A stretch of DNA of 64,000 nucleotides, from contig OZ241907.1 of NCBI GenBank assembly GCA_965203515.1, forward strand, positions 3,232,001 through 3,296,000, given 5' to 3'. The position numbers and the translations under genes are program-made. Numbering within the stretch: position 1 is the stretch's first letter; the number at the start of each line of letters is the position of its first letter. The stretch comes from Spirochaetia bacterium (GTDB lineage Bacteria > Spirochaetota > Spirochaetia > SZUA-6 > Bin103). A model generated the notes under the pieces. The model saw nothing but the letters and a program-made list of their open reading frames with translations, was not told where the DNA came from and did not search any database. Positions 39,887 through 50,714 of this stretch are shown piece after piece.

Positions 39887-40634
39887 ACGGTCCGGCGTTC
39901 CCCGCCGGCTCCACCAGATCTGGATGCAGGGCCAAGGCCGCCTGCCGCCGCGGCTCGCCGCGCTGCAGCGCACGTGGCGGCGGCTCAATCCGCACTACGA
40001 GTACCGCCTGTGGGACGGGCCGGCGCTGCGCGCGCTGATCGCCGCCCGCCACGCCTGGTTCCTGCCGACCTGGGACCGCTATCGACACCTGCACCAGCGC
40101 GCCGATGCCGGCCGGCTGTTCGTGCTGTACGACCGGGGCGGCTTCTATGCCGACGTCGACGCGCGGGCGCTCCGCCCGCTCGACGAGCTGACCGCGCTGG
40201 TGCCGGACGCGCGGGTGATCGCCTCGGCGTTGCCGTTCGCCGGGCTGGACCGCGCCCTGATCGGCATGGCGTGCGGCACGCGCCGGCTGATCAGCAACGC
40301 GATCGTGGGCATGGAGCCGGGACTGGACGAGTGGCTGCAGGTGCTGCGGCGGCTACCGCGGCGACCGGCGTTCCTTCGGTTCCACAAGGAGCTCTCGATA
40401 GCGTTCGGCACCGGACCGATGTTCCTCTCCGGCGCGGTCGACCGCGCGTTTGCCGGGTGTCCCGAGCAGGTGGCGATCATGCCGGCCCGCATGTTCGAAC
40501 GTCGACTGGGGTATCAGCCGTACGTTCCCGCTCCGGCCGACGCGTTCATGGATCACCTGATGGACGCGTCGTGGCATTCGCCGTGGCTGCAGCGGCTGCT
40601 GCGGATCTACTACGGATGGCTGTTCCGCCGCTGA
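39879..40634 (+). CDS. GT32 / DXD sugar-binding glycosyltransferase (OCH1-like)
   Basis: PRRLHQIW, RADAGR, GGFYADVD, TGPMFL, ASW. Confidence 0.82.
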   Translation: MAERSGVPRRLHQIWMQGQGRLPPRLAALQRTWRRLNPHYEYRLWDGPALRALIAARHAWFLPTWDRYRHLHQRADAGRLFVLYDRGGFYADVDARALRPLDELTALVPDARVIASALPFAGLDRALIGMACGTRRLISNAIVGMEPGLDEWLQVLRRLPRRPAFLRFHKELSIAFGTGPMFLSGAVDRAFAGCPEQVAIMPARMFERRLGYQPYVPAPADAFMDHLMDASWHSPWLQRLLRIYYGWLFRR

Positions 40635-42923
40635 CCCGGCGAGCGGCCCGCGCGCGAAGCGCGTGAGGAGGGCCGGCAGCACGCTGAGGGCGCCGGCCGT
40701 GGTGGCGGCGATGGCGACGCTCAACAGCAGCCCGAAGCGTGCGACCGGAATGAAGGTCGATCCCACCAGCGCCAGCATGCCGAAGCAGATCGCCGCCGAG
40801 GTGACCAGGATCGGGCAGCCGGCGTGCGCCACCGCGGCGCGCACGGCCTGCGGCGGGTCGGCGCCGCCCGTGCGTTCGCGCTGGTACCAGACCAGCAGGT
40901 GCAGGGCGTCGTCGATGCCGATGCCGATCGCCAGGCTGGCGACCATCACCGACAGCGCGTCGAACGGCAACCCGGCGGCGGCCATCAGCGCCGCGGTCGC
41001 CATGATGCCGATCGCCAGCGGCGCCACCGCCGCCAGGCCGAGCAGGAAGGAGCGCAGCGCGACCGCGGTCAGCAGCACCACCAGCACCATGCTGGAGATG
41101 GTGGTGACGATCTGGTCGCGCCGCAGCAGCTCGGAGAGCCGCAGCGTGAACATGCTCCAGCCCCACAGCTCCGCCTGCACCTCCGGCAGCGTTTCATCCA
41201 CGGCTTGGCGGACGAAGGCGGCCAGTTCGGACATGCCGCGCTCGAACAGATAGCCGCCGGTCGAACCGTCCAGCACCCAGAGGCGGCTGGTCAGGGTCTG
41301 CCCGTCGTCGCCCAGGCCGGGACCGGAGCGGGCCTCGGCGGCCAGCGCGCTCATGCGCGCCGCCAGCTCGATGAAGGGCCGATCTGCGGCCGTCAGGGGA
41401 CCGGGAGACGCGCCGGCGGCGCGCCGCAGCGCCGCTACGCTGGTCGTGAACGACGAGACGTGGCTGACGTCGGCATGGCCGGCCAGCCGCGCTTCCAGTT
41501 CGCTCACCGCGGCCAGCACGTGCGGGTACGTGAAGTAGCGGGCCGTGTCGTCCGGCGCCTGCAGCGTGAGGTTGAGATCGATGAAGCCGCCGAACTCGCG
41601 CATGAACGCGGCGTTGGCGGCCACCGCTTCGCTCTCGCCGCGCACGTGTCCGGCGAAGTCGGTCTCGTAACGGATCGCCGGCGCCGCCGCCACGAACAGG
41701 ACCAGCACCAGCACGGCGCCGATCAGGGCCGCCTGAGGGCGTGCCGTCAGTTTCACGGCCACGCGCTGGAGGAGGGCGAGCAGGCCCCCCGCCCGGCCCG
41801 GTTTCGGCCGCAGGCGAGGCCGGCGATGGAGCTGCTGGAGGGCCGCCGGCAGCACGGTCAGGCACAGCAGCGCGCCGATGGCGACGCCGGCGGCCGAGAT
41901 CGATCCGAACTGGCGCAGCCTCGGCACGCTTGACAGCATCAGGGTGAGGAACCCGGCGATCGTGGTCGCCGCGGCCAGCGCCACCGGTCGGATCACCGCC
42001 GCCGCGGCGGCCAGCACGTCATGCGATCCGCGGCCGGAGCGGAACGCCAGATGGACGCCGTACGAGCTGGTGAGGGCGATCACCAGGATCGGCACCACCA
42101 GCGTGATGATGCCGATCGGCACGCCGGTCAGCCGCATCAGCCCGGTCGCCCAGACGGCGGCGCTGGCCGCCACCGCCACCACCGCCATCGTGACCGGCAA
42201 GCGTCCCAGCGCCACCAGCAGCGTCAGCACGAGCACGCCCACGGCCAGCAGCCCCAGGACCGGCGGGTCGCGGTGCAGCGCGGTCAGCGTGGCTTGATGC
42301 AGCGGGATCCACCCGGCCAGGGATACCTGGTAGTGCCGGCGCAGCCGGTCGAGCGCCGGCTCGATCGACGCCAGGAACCGCTGGTAGTCGGGTATCACCC
42401 GCACCGCGTACACCAGCGCCAGGGCGGCGCCGTCGGCGGCCAGCACCAGGTTGCGCGCCTCCGGGGCGTCGCGGAGCGCCGCTCGCACCGCCTCCGCCTC
42501 CGCCGCGGAGGCCGGCGCGCGGCCGTCCGCGAGCGCCGGCGCGAGCAGCAGCCGCCCCTGGTCGAGGCGGAAGGCCGGCAGATTGAGCGGCGTCACGGCG
42601 GAAACGACCAGCGGATCGGCGGAGATGGCGCGGTCCGCCTCTGCCAACGCCTGCAGACCGCTCACCGCGAACGGGTCGGCCGCGCGCAGCACCACGATCA
42701 GGTAGTTGAGGTCCTTGTCGGTCGCGCCGTAGGTGTCGAGCAGGCGCTGCGCCGCGTCGTCGCGCGGCAGCAGCCTGACCACTTCCGGGTCGATGCGCAC
42801 GCCCATGGCGGCAAGGCCGAGCGCCGCCGTGACCGCCACCCAGACGCCGATGATGATTCGGGAGCGCCGAAGAATCGCGGCGGCTGCTTGCAGGGAACGC
42901 GCGGAGGGACGGGCGGCTGTCAC
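40353..42923 (-). CDS. MMPL/RND family transporter
   Basis: Duplicated TM + loop halves; GIGIDDALH; TTIAGF. Confidence 0.85.
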   Translation of the reverse strand: MTAARPSARSLQAAAAILRRSRIIIGVWVAVTAALGLAAMGVRIDPEVVRLLPRDDAAQRLLDTYGATDKDLNYLIVVLRAADPFAVSGLQALAEADRAISADPLVVSAVTPLNLPAFRLDQGRLLLAPALADGRAPASAAEAEAVRAALRDAPEARNLVLAADGAALALVYAVRVIPDYQRFLASIEPALDRLRRHYQVSLAGWIPLHQATLTALHRDPPVLGLLAVGVLVLTLLVALGRLPVTMAVVAVAASAAVWATGLMRLTGVPIGIITLVVPILVIALTSSYGVHLAFRSGRGSHDVLAAAAAVIRPVALAAATTIAGFLTLMLSSVPRLRQFGSISAAGVAIGALLCLTVLPAALQQLHRRPRLRPKPGRAGGLLALLQRVAVKLTARPQAALIGAVLVLVLFVAAAPAIRYETDFAGHVRGESEAVAANAAFMREFGGFIDLNLTLQAPDDTARYFTYPHVLAAVSELEARLAGHADVSHVSSFTTSVAALRRAAGASPGPLTAADRPFIELAARMSALAAEARSGPGLGDDGQTLTSRLWVLDGSTGGYLFERGMSELAAFVRQAVDETLPEVQAELWGWSMFTLRLSELLRRDQIVTTISSMVLVVLLTAVALRSFLLGLAAVAPLAIGIMATAALMAAAGLPFDALSVMVASLAIGIGIDDALHLLVWYQRERTGGADPPQAVRAAVAHAGCPILVTSAAICFGMLALVGSTFIPVARFGLLLSVAIAATTAGALSVLPALLTRFARGPLAGSAAEQPSVVDPQQPLQPRRMPRRVHQVIHERVGRSGNVRLIPQSTFEHAGRHDRHLLGTPGKRAVDRAGEEHRSGAERYRELLVEPKERRSPR

Positions 42924-42987
42924 GGTGGGAGGAACCGGAATATACTACATGCCGTCGGGGCAGGCGCTGCCTGCGGCGATCGATTGC

Positions 42988-45077
<2,090 letters not shown>

Positions 45078-45094
45078 AGCCGGCCAGAGGGCAC

Positions 45095-45135
45095 AAAAAA
45101 GGCCCCTGGGTAAAGGAGGTGAAACCCCAGGGGCC
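45095..45135 (-). terminator. Intrinsic terminator (10-bp stem + U6) with an anti-SD loop
   Basis: Inverted repeat 45101-45110 / 45126-45135; A6 at 45095-45100; lies between convergent sucD and the symporter. Confidence 0.8.
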
Positions 45136-45160
45136 CGAAGGCGAGATGACCTTCGTGATA
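45095..45160 (-). ncRNA. Candidate two-hairpin small RNA
   Basis: Hairpin cgaagg/ccttcg followed by the terminator hairpin whose loop reads UUUCACCUCCUUUA. Confidence 0.45.
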
Positions 45161-45194
45161 GGTATACAAACGAAACAACCCGGTCACTCGCGGG

Positions 45195-46589
45195 TTACAC
45201 GTTCGGATCGCCGTTCCGCCGAAGCCGCGTCCAGGCGGAGCCGGGCCGTTTCCAGCCGCTGCCTGCCATGATGCGGAAGGTGGCGGCCAGCGCCAGCGCG
45301 TAGGCCGCGAGCACGGCGGCCGCCGCTCCGTAGCCGCCGGTGGCGACCGGCAGGTTCAGGGTCAGCAGCAGCGGGATCGCCAGGAAGAAGGTGAGCCCGG
45401 AGGCGTAGCAGTAGTCGGCGGCTGCCGGCGTGCGCAGCTCTGGGTCGACCACCCGCACCAGGGCGATGCCGGTGGTGATGGTGCCGGTCAGGCTGCCATA
45501 GAACATCAGCAGCCGTTCGAACGAGTGGTCGGCGAACAGCCGCGGGGTGATCCAGATCAGCGAGACCAGCGTCAGCGCGCCGATGAGAAGCGCGAACACC
45601 GCCAGCAGCGGCCAGTATCGCGTGATGACGCCGATGCCGATCGACGCCAACCCGGCGGCGATCATGAAGTCGACCGCGCCGCCGGCGATGCGGGTCAGCC
45701 CGCCGCCGTCGAGCAGATGCGCGGCGCCGCACCGCTCGGCGCACGCGCGTACGGCCAGAGCGGTCAGCAGTCCGAAGATGAAGGCGATGCTCCACAGGTT
45801 GGCGGCCAGCCTGGTCCCGCCCGGTCCGAGCAGGCCGAGCAGTGCGGTGATGCCGGTGAGCAGGACGTAGCTTGCCAGGTAGACGCCGAACACCGCCGCC
45901 AGCCAGAGCGACAGCGAGTCGATCGCGTCCGGCTCGGTCCGCTGCCGCGCTGCCTCCGGTCCCGGCTGCCGCGCGTCGAGCACGCCGGTGCGTCCGCCCC
46001 GGTCGGCCGGCCGCTCGATCCACCCTCGCCTGATGCCGGCGGCGATCAGCGCCACGCCGCCCACGCAGGCCAGCAGATAGCCGAGCGCGCCGAACGTGAG
46101 ACCGATGCTGCCGGCGCCGTCGAAGCCGAGCGCCTCCCAGCCGCTGCCGATCGCGAACGCCTGACCCGGCCCCAGGGACAGGCCGAGGACCGCCAGCAGG
46201 CCGAAGCCCGGAGAGAGCTCCGGCAGCAGCGCCCGCATCACCGCGAACGTGAGCAGCAGGCCGGCCAGACCCTGCAGGGTCATCTGCGACAGGATCGCCA
46301 CCGCCGATCCGGTGATCGCCCTGGCTCGCCGCCGCGCGGTGGAGCGCAGCCCGAGCGCGATGATCGCCAGGTTGAACAGGTGATAGGTGAGCTGCTCGAC
46401 GCCGCCGGTGCCGTGTCCGACCAGCGGCGCCGCCCAGTTGTAGAGCGGGAACAGCAGCGCGCCGGCGGTCAGCGCGTTGGGGATCAGGAAGCGCTGCAGG
46501 AGCCGGATGCGGGCGCGGGCGGCCGTCGCCGCCACCAGCGCCGCGCCGATCAGGCCGAAGTCGATCAGCAGCGGCCAGGAGAACGTCAG
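45195..46589 (-). CDS. Sodium/glutamate symporter (GltS/ESS family), probable CTG start
   Basis: LQRFLIPNALTAG, GPGQA..IG..WE, YGSLTGT; multiple TM segments. Confidence 0.8.
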   Translation of the reverse strand: MTFSWPLLIDFGLIGAALVAATAARARIRLLQRFLIPNALTAGALLFPLYNWAAPLVGHGTGGVEQLTYHLFNLAIIALGLRSTARRRARAITGSAVAILSQMTLQGLAGLLLTFAVMRALLPELSPGFGLLAVLGLSLGPGQAFAIGSGWEALGFDGAGSIGLTFGALGYLLACVGGVALIAAGIRRGWIERPADRGGRTGVLDARQPGPEAARQRTEPDAIDSLSLWLAAVFGVYLASYVLLTGITALLGLLGPGGTRLAANLWSIAFIFGLLTALAVRACAERCGAAHLLDGGGLTRIAGGAVDFMIAAGLASIGIGVITRYWPLLAVFALLIGALTLVSLIWITPRLFADHSFERLLMFYGSLTGTITTGIALVRVVDPELRTPAAADYCYASGLTFFLAIPLLLTLNLPVATGGYGAAAAVLAAYALALAATFRIMAGSGWKRPGSAWTRLRRNGDPNV

Positions 46590-47689
46590 CCGGCGCGCTC
46601 CTGCGGGCGCAGGTCGTACGGCGCGTGGATCAGCGTGCGCACCCCGTTGGCGGTCACCAGCAGGTCGTCCTCGACCCGCACCCCGCCGCGCAGATCGTCG
46701 CCGTAGACGCCGGGCTCGACGGTGATCGTGTTGCCCTCTTCCAGGACGCCGTCCGGCCATGCCGGGTTGAGGTAGGGCGGTTCGTGCGGACTCAGGCCGA
46801 TGCCGTGGCCCAGGTGATGGAACATGCCGCCGGGCACGATCCGGTCCATGCGCTCGCGGGCCAGGTCGTACAGATCGATGCAGGCCGCGCCGGGCCGGGC
46901 AAGACGCTTCACCTCCGCGAGCGTCTCGACCGCCTGACGATGCGCGCGCACCTGCTCGTCGGTCGGCGCGGTCACCGCGAACACGCGCGAGGCGTCCGCG
47001 TAGTAGCCGCGGTAGTTGACGCCCAGGTCGAGGATCCACAGCTCGCCGGCGCGAGCCGGACGGCGCCGCGGCGGGCCGCCGGGCGTCCCGCACTGGAAGT
47101 CCTGCCCGAACCGCAGCGGCAGCTCGCCCGCCTCTTCCACCACCGCCGCGGACAGCTCGTTGTACAGCGCCAGCTCGTCCAGGCCCGGTTCGATGACCTG
47201 CGCGGCGCGGGCGTAGGCGGCGTCCACGCATCGCGCGGCGGCCTGGATCAGCTCGACCTCATCCGGGTCCTTGCGGCGACGCAGACGGAGCAGATCGGGC
47301 GTCACGTCGGTGAACGCGGCGTCGAGCCGCTGCAGCACGGCGGCCCCCAGCACCCCCTGATCGAGGCCCACGCGGCGCGCTCCGGCCAGCTCGGGCGCCA
47401 GCAACGCGGCGATGCCGTCCGCCTGGTCGAGGCGGATCGTCGCGTTGGATTGCGCTTCGGCGATGCGCACGTCGCCCACGGCGACGCCGTCCTCGCGCGG
47501 CTGGCTGGTGGCGAGCGCGGAGCGATCGGCGCCGATCGCTACGGCGCCCAGCGCAAACCACGGCGCCAGGCAGCCGCTGACGTAGTAGACGTGGCAGGGG
47601 TCGGTCAGCAGCAGCAGATCGAGCTCGCGGTCTTCCAGGATGGAGCGCACCCGGTCGAGGCGCCGGGCGCAGCCTTCTATGGTCAACAT
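46586..47689 (-). CDS. Xaa-Pro peptidase (M24) family
   Basis: DLG, YYADASR, HHLGHGIG, TVEPGVY, GVRVED. Confidence 0.9.
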   Translation of the reverse strand: MLTIEGCARRLDRVRSILEDRELDLLLLTDPCHVYYVSGCLAPWFALGAVAIGADRSALATSQPREDGVAVGDVRIAEAQSNATIRLDQADGIAALLAPELAGARRVGLDQGVLGAAVLQRLDAAFTDVTPDLLRLRRRKDPDEVELIQAAARCVDAAYARAAQVIEPGLDELALYNELSAAVVEEAGELPLRFGQDFQCGTPGGPPRRRPARAGELWILDLGVNYRGYYADASRVFAVTAPTDEQVRAHRQAVETLAEVKRLARPGAACIDLYDLARERMDRIVPGGMFHHLGHGIGLSPHEPPYLNPAWPDGVLEEGNTITVEPGVYGDDLRGGVRVEDDLLVTANGVRTLIHAPYDLRPQERAG

Positions 47690-47762
47690 GGCCGCGAGTC
47701 TACCGCAGCGGCGCCGGAGCCGCTTGCGTGGACCGACCGCTTTCAGGTACTTAAGGGAAGCG

Positions 47763-48515
47763 GTGGTACTCCTGATCGTGATCGGCGCCATCGTGGCGGT
47801 GGGGCTGGCGGTGTTCCTCATCGAACCCGGCGTCTTCGCGTTGGCCTACAGCCTGGTGACGCCGCTGTTCGTGCGCAATCCGCCGTTCGTGGACCTGAAT
47901 CGGGCGTTCCCGATGCACCGGCTGATCGAAGCGGCCTACCCGACCATCCGCGCCGAGGCGGAGGCGTTGCTCCGCCAACCGGAGCGGATACCGCAGTTCC
48001 ACGAGGTCGACCGGCTGCAGACGCCGATCTCCGGCAATGACGGGATACCGTGGCGCACCTTCTTCCTCAAGGGCCACGGCATCTGGCACGAGACCAACGT
48101 CAACCTGACGCCGAAGACGGTCGAGGTGCTGCGGCAGATACCGGAGGTCGACACGGCGATGCTGTCGATCCTGGGCGGCGGCAAGCACATACCGCCGCAC
48201 CGCGGGTTCTACCGAGGGGTCTACCGCTACCATCTGGGGCTGATCGTCCCGGACGACGCGCCAGTCTACATCGTCTGCGGCGGCCAGGAATACCACTGGC
48301 GGGAAGGCGAGGGCGTGTTGTTCGACGACACCTACCGGCACGAGGTGTGGAACCGGAGCCAGCACCCGCGCGTGGTGCTGTTCCTGAGCATCCTGCGCGA
48401 GGCCGACCTGCCGCGCTGGCTGCGTCCGATCAATCGGATGGTGCGTTCGATGATCCAGCGCTCGCCCAAGCTGAAGCGCGCCGGCAAGCGCGCCGAGGTG
48501 GCGATGGACCTGTGA
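47763..48515 (+). CDS. Aspartyl/asparaginyl beta-hydroxylase domain protein (LpxO-like)
   Basis: HIPPHRG, RYHLGL, FDDTYRHEVWN, RVVLF; N-terminal TM; start could be 47688. Confidence 0.85.
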   Translation: MVLLIVIGAIVAVGLAVFLIEPGVFALAYSLVTPLFVRNPPFVDLNRAFPMHRLIEAAYPTIRAEAEALLRQPERIPQFHEVDRLQTPISGNDGIPWRTFFLKGHGIWHETNVNLTPKTVEVLRQIPEVDTAMLSILGGGKHIPPHRGFYRGVYRYHLGLIVPDDAPVYIVCGGQEYHWREGEGVLFDDTYRHEVWNRSQHPRVVLFLSILREADLPRWLRPINRMVRSMIQRSPKLKRAGKRAEVAMDL

Positions 48516-48536
48516 CGGCCGGCCGGTCGGCGCGGG

Positions 48537-48848
48537 CTACCGGTCGCCGAACAGCCGCTCGGCCGCCTCACGGGCCCGATCGGCGACCGTGCTGCCGGCG
48601 ACCGTGCCGCCGGCGGCCGGACCGGAGCCGGCTCCCTCCCGTACCTTGAAGTACTCGCAGAAGTTGGCGCGGTCCTTCTGGCCCACCGGCTCGGCGATCG
48701 GTTCCCGGCACTCCATGTGCGCGGAGGTGTCGTAGAAGCGGCAGTTGAGGCAGACGTGCGCGTCCTTGCCGCAGCTCGGGCACGTGGTGGTGCGGAAGAT
48801 CTCCAGGTACGCGTCGAACGCGGCGCCGCATGCGTAGCAACTTCCCAC
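48537..48848 (-). CDS. Small Cys-rich zinc-binding protein
   Basis: CxxC, CPSC, CLNC, C..NFCEYF. Confidence 0.8.
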   Translation of the reverse strand: MGSCYACGAAFDAYLEIFRTTTCPSCGKDAHVCLNCRFYDTSAHMECREPIAEPVGQKDRANFCEYFKVREGAGSGPAAGGTVAGSTVADRAREAAERLFGDR

Positions 48849-48946
48849 GACAGCGCGTGATGATAGCGCCGCGGCGGGCCGGTGGCAAACGGCGCCGGTC
48901 CGCCGGTCGCCTTGACCGGCATGGTCCGGTCCGGTTCGATGCGCGC

Positions 48947-49471
48947 ATGCCCAGGCGATGCGTCTACGCGGCCAGCTTCGACCCGATCACCAACGGCCAC
49001 CTGTGGGTGGTGGAGCAGGGCGAGCGGCTGTTCGACGAGCTGATCGTGGCGATCGGCACCAACCCGGACAAACGGTACGAGTTCTCCATCGAGGAGCGCC
49101 TCGGCCTGGTGCGCGCCTCGCTGGCCGATCACCCCAACGTCACGGTGGAGACCTACGAGAATCGCTTCCTGGTCGAGTACGCGCGGTCGCAAGGCGCGGA
49201 GTTCGTGCTGCGCGGCATTCGCACGGAGCTCGACTATCAGTACGAGCGGTCGATGAAGTACATCAACAGCGACCTGGACGCGGGCGTGGTCACCGTGTTC
49301 CTGATGCCCCCGCGGGAGATCGCCGAAGTGAGCTCGAGCGTGGTCAAGGGGCTGATCGGGCTCAATGGTTGGGAGGAGGTGCTGGCCAAGTACGTGCCGC
49401 CGCCGGTCCACGCCGCGTTCGTGGAGCGCTTCAGCCGGTTCGAGGCGCCGGCTCCTCCGCCGGCTCGCTGA
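48947..49471 (+). CDS. coaD: Phosphopantetheine adenylyltransferase
   Basis: SFDPITNGH, LRGIR, VSSSVVK. Confidence 0.93.
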   Translation: MPRRCVYAASFDPITNGHLWVVEQGERLFDELIVAIGTNPDKRYEFSIEERLGLVRASLADHPNVTVETYENRFLVEYARSQGAEFVLRGIRTELDYQYERSMKYINSDLDAGVVTVFLMPPREIAEVSSSVVKGLIGLNGWEEVLAKYVPPPVHAAFVERFSRFEAPAPPPAR

Positions 49472-50714
49472 GGACCGCGCGGCGGCCCAGCTCGGGGTAG
49501 CGCCACCGCACCAGCGCCAGACCGCACAATCCGGTCAGCGCGAAGCAGGCGAGCGCCGCCTGCGGCCCGATCCGCTCGGCCGCCAGGCCGAGCATGACGG
49601 TGCCGAGCGGCTGCATGCCGATCGCCAGACCGACCACCCCCAGCGAGCGCCCGCGCAGCGTCGGGGGAGCGGTGCGCAGCGTGATCAGGATCTGCATGGC
49701 CGCGAAGCCGGAGAAGCCGACGCCGCCGACCAGCAGCAACCCCACCGACAGCAGGTACGTGCCGGAGAGCGCGAACCCGCCGATGCAGGCGAACAGGGTC
49801 GCCATGCCGGCGGCGAACACCCAGCCGGGCCGGCGGGCGGCGCGGGCGGCCAGCGCAAAGGAGCCGGCCAGCGCGCCGACGCCCCACGCCGCCACCAGGA
49901 TGCCAAAGCGGAGCGCGTCGGCGGCCAGCACGTCGCGGCCGATCACCGGCACCATCTGATGGAACGGAAACGCGAAGAAGTTGGCGACCAGGGTGACCGC
50001 GACGGTCGCCTGCAGCGCCCGTCGGCCGCGAAGCGTGACCAGCGCGGCGCGGACCCGCGCGGCCGCCGTCAGCCGCTCCGCGCGGCGGACCGGCCGCGCC
50101 GTCTTGCGCCGGTCCCCCGGCAGCAGCGCGACCGACGCGGCGTGGATGGCGGCAAGCCCCGCGTAGGCGACCGCGAAGCCGCCGGTCCGCGTCAGGATAC
50201 CGGCGGCGAGCGGCCCCACGATCAGGCCGATGGTGAAGGTGACGGTATCGACCGGCACCGCGGTCGCCAGCTCGCCCTGATCGAACAGCTCGGTGTACAG
50301 CGACCGGCGGTTGGCGAAGTCGACGCTCCAGACCGCGCCGATCAGGCCGATCACCAGGTGGGCGCTCCAGGGAACGGGCGAGCCGAGCGCCAGGTAGATC
50401 GCGTAGGCGGCGACCACGGTCAGGCAGATGCTCTGCGTGGCCCGCAGCAGGCGCAGGCGCGCGACGCGGTCGGCCAGCGTGCCGCCGACGTAGCCCAACA
50501 CCAGCATCGGCAGGCCGCGGGCGGCGCCCAGCGCCGCGACCGCGGCCACCGAATCGGTCAGCTCCAGCACGAGCCACGACAGCACCACCAGCTCGTAGGC
50601 GCGGGTGGCGTACCAGAGCCCGGAGGAGGCTATGAGCCGCCGGAAGCGGGGCTTGGCAGCCAGGAGCTGCCAACCCGATACCGGCGCCGCCGGTACGGGT
50701 CCGCGATCGTTCAG
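49431..50714 (-). CDS. MFS transporter (probable CTG start)
   Basis: GGTLADRVAR motif A; TM1 coding continues upstream of the ORF-track start to the valS stop. Confidence 0.85.
   Translation of the reverse strand: MNDRGPVPAAPVSGWQLLAAKPRFRRLIASSGLWYATRAYELVVLSWLVLELTDSVAAVAALGAARGLPMLVLGYVGGTLADRVARLRLLRATQSICLTVVAAYAIYLALGSPVPWSAHLVIGLIGAVWSVDFANRRSLYTELFDQGELATAVPVDTVTFTIGLIVGPLAAGILTRTGGFAVAYAGLAAIHAASVALLPGDRRKTARPVRRAERLTAAARVRAALVTLRGRRALQATVAVTLVANFFAFPFHQMVPVIGRDVLAADALRFGILVAAWGVGALAGSFALAARAARRPGWVFAAGMATLFACIGGFALSGTYLLSVGLLLVGGVGFSGFAAMQILITLRTAPPTLRGRSLGVVGLAIGMQPLGTVMLGLAAERIGPQAALACFALTGLCGLALVRWRYPELGRRAVLSEPAEEPAPRTG

Noticed and set aside
45111..45125. 16S rRNA fragment, or a plus-strand RBS for a type I toxin
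   Set aside because: No flanking rRNA similarity; no start codon at usable spacing after AAGGAGG
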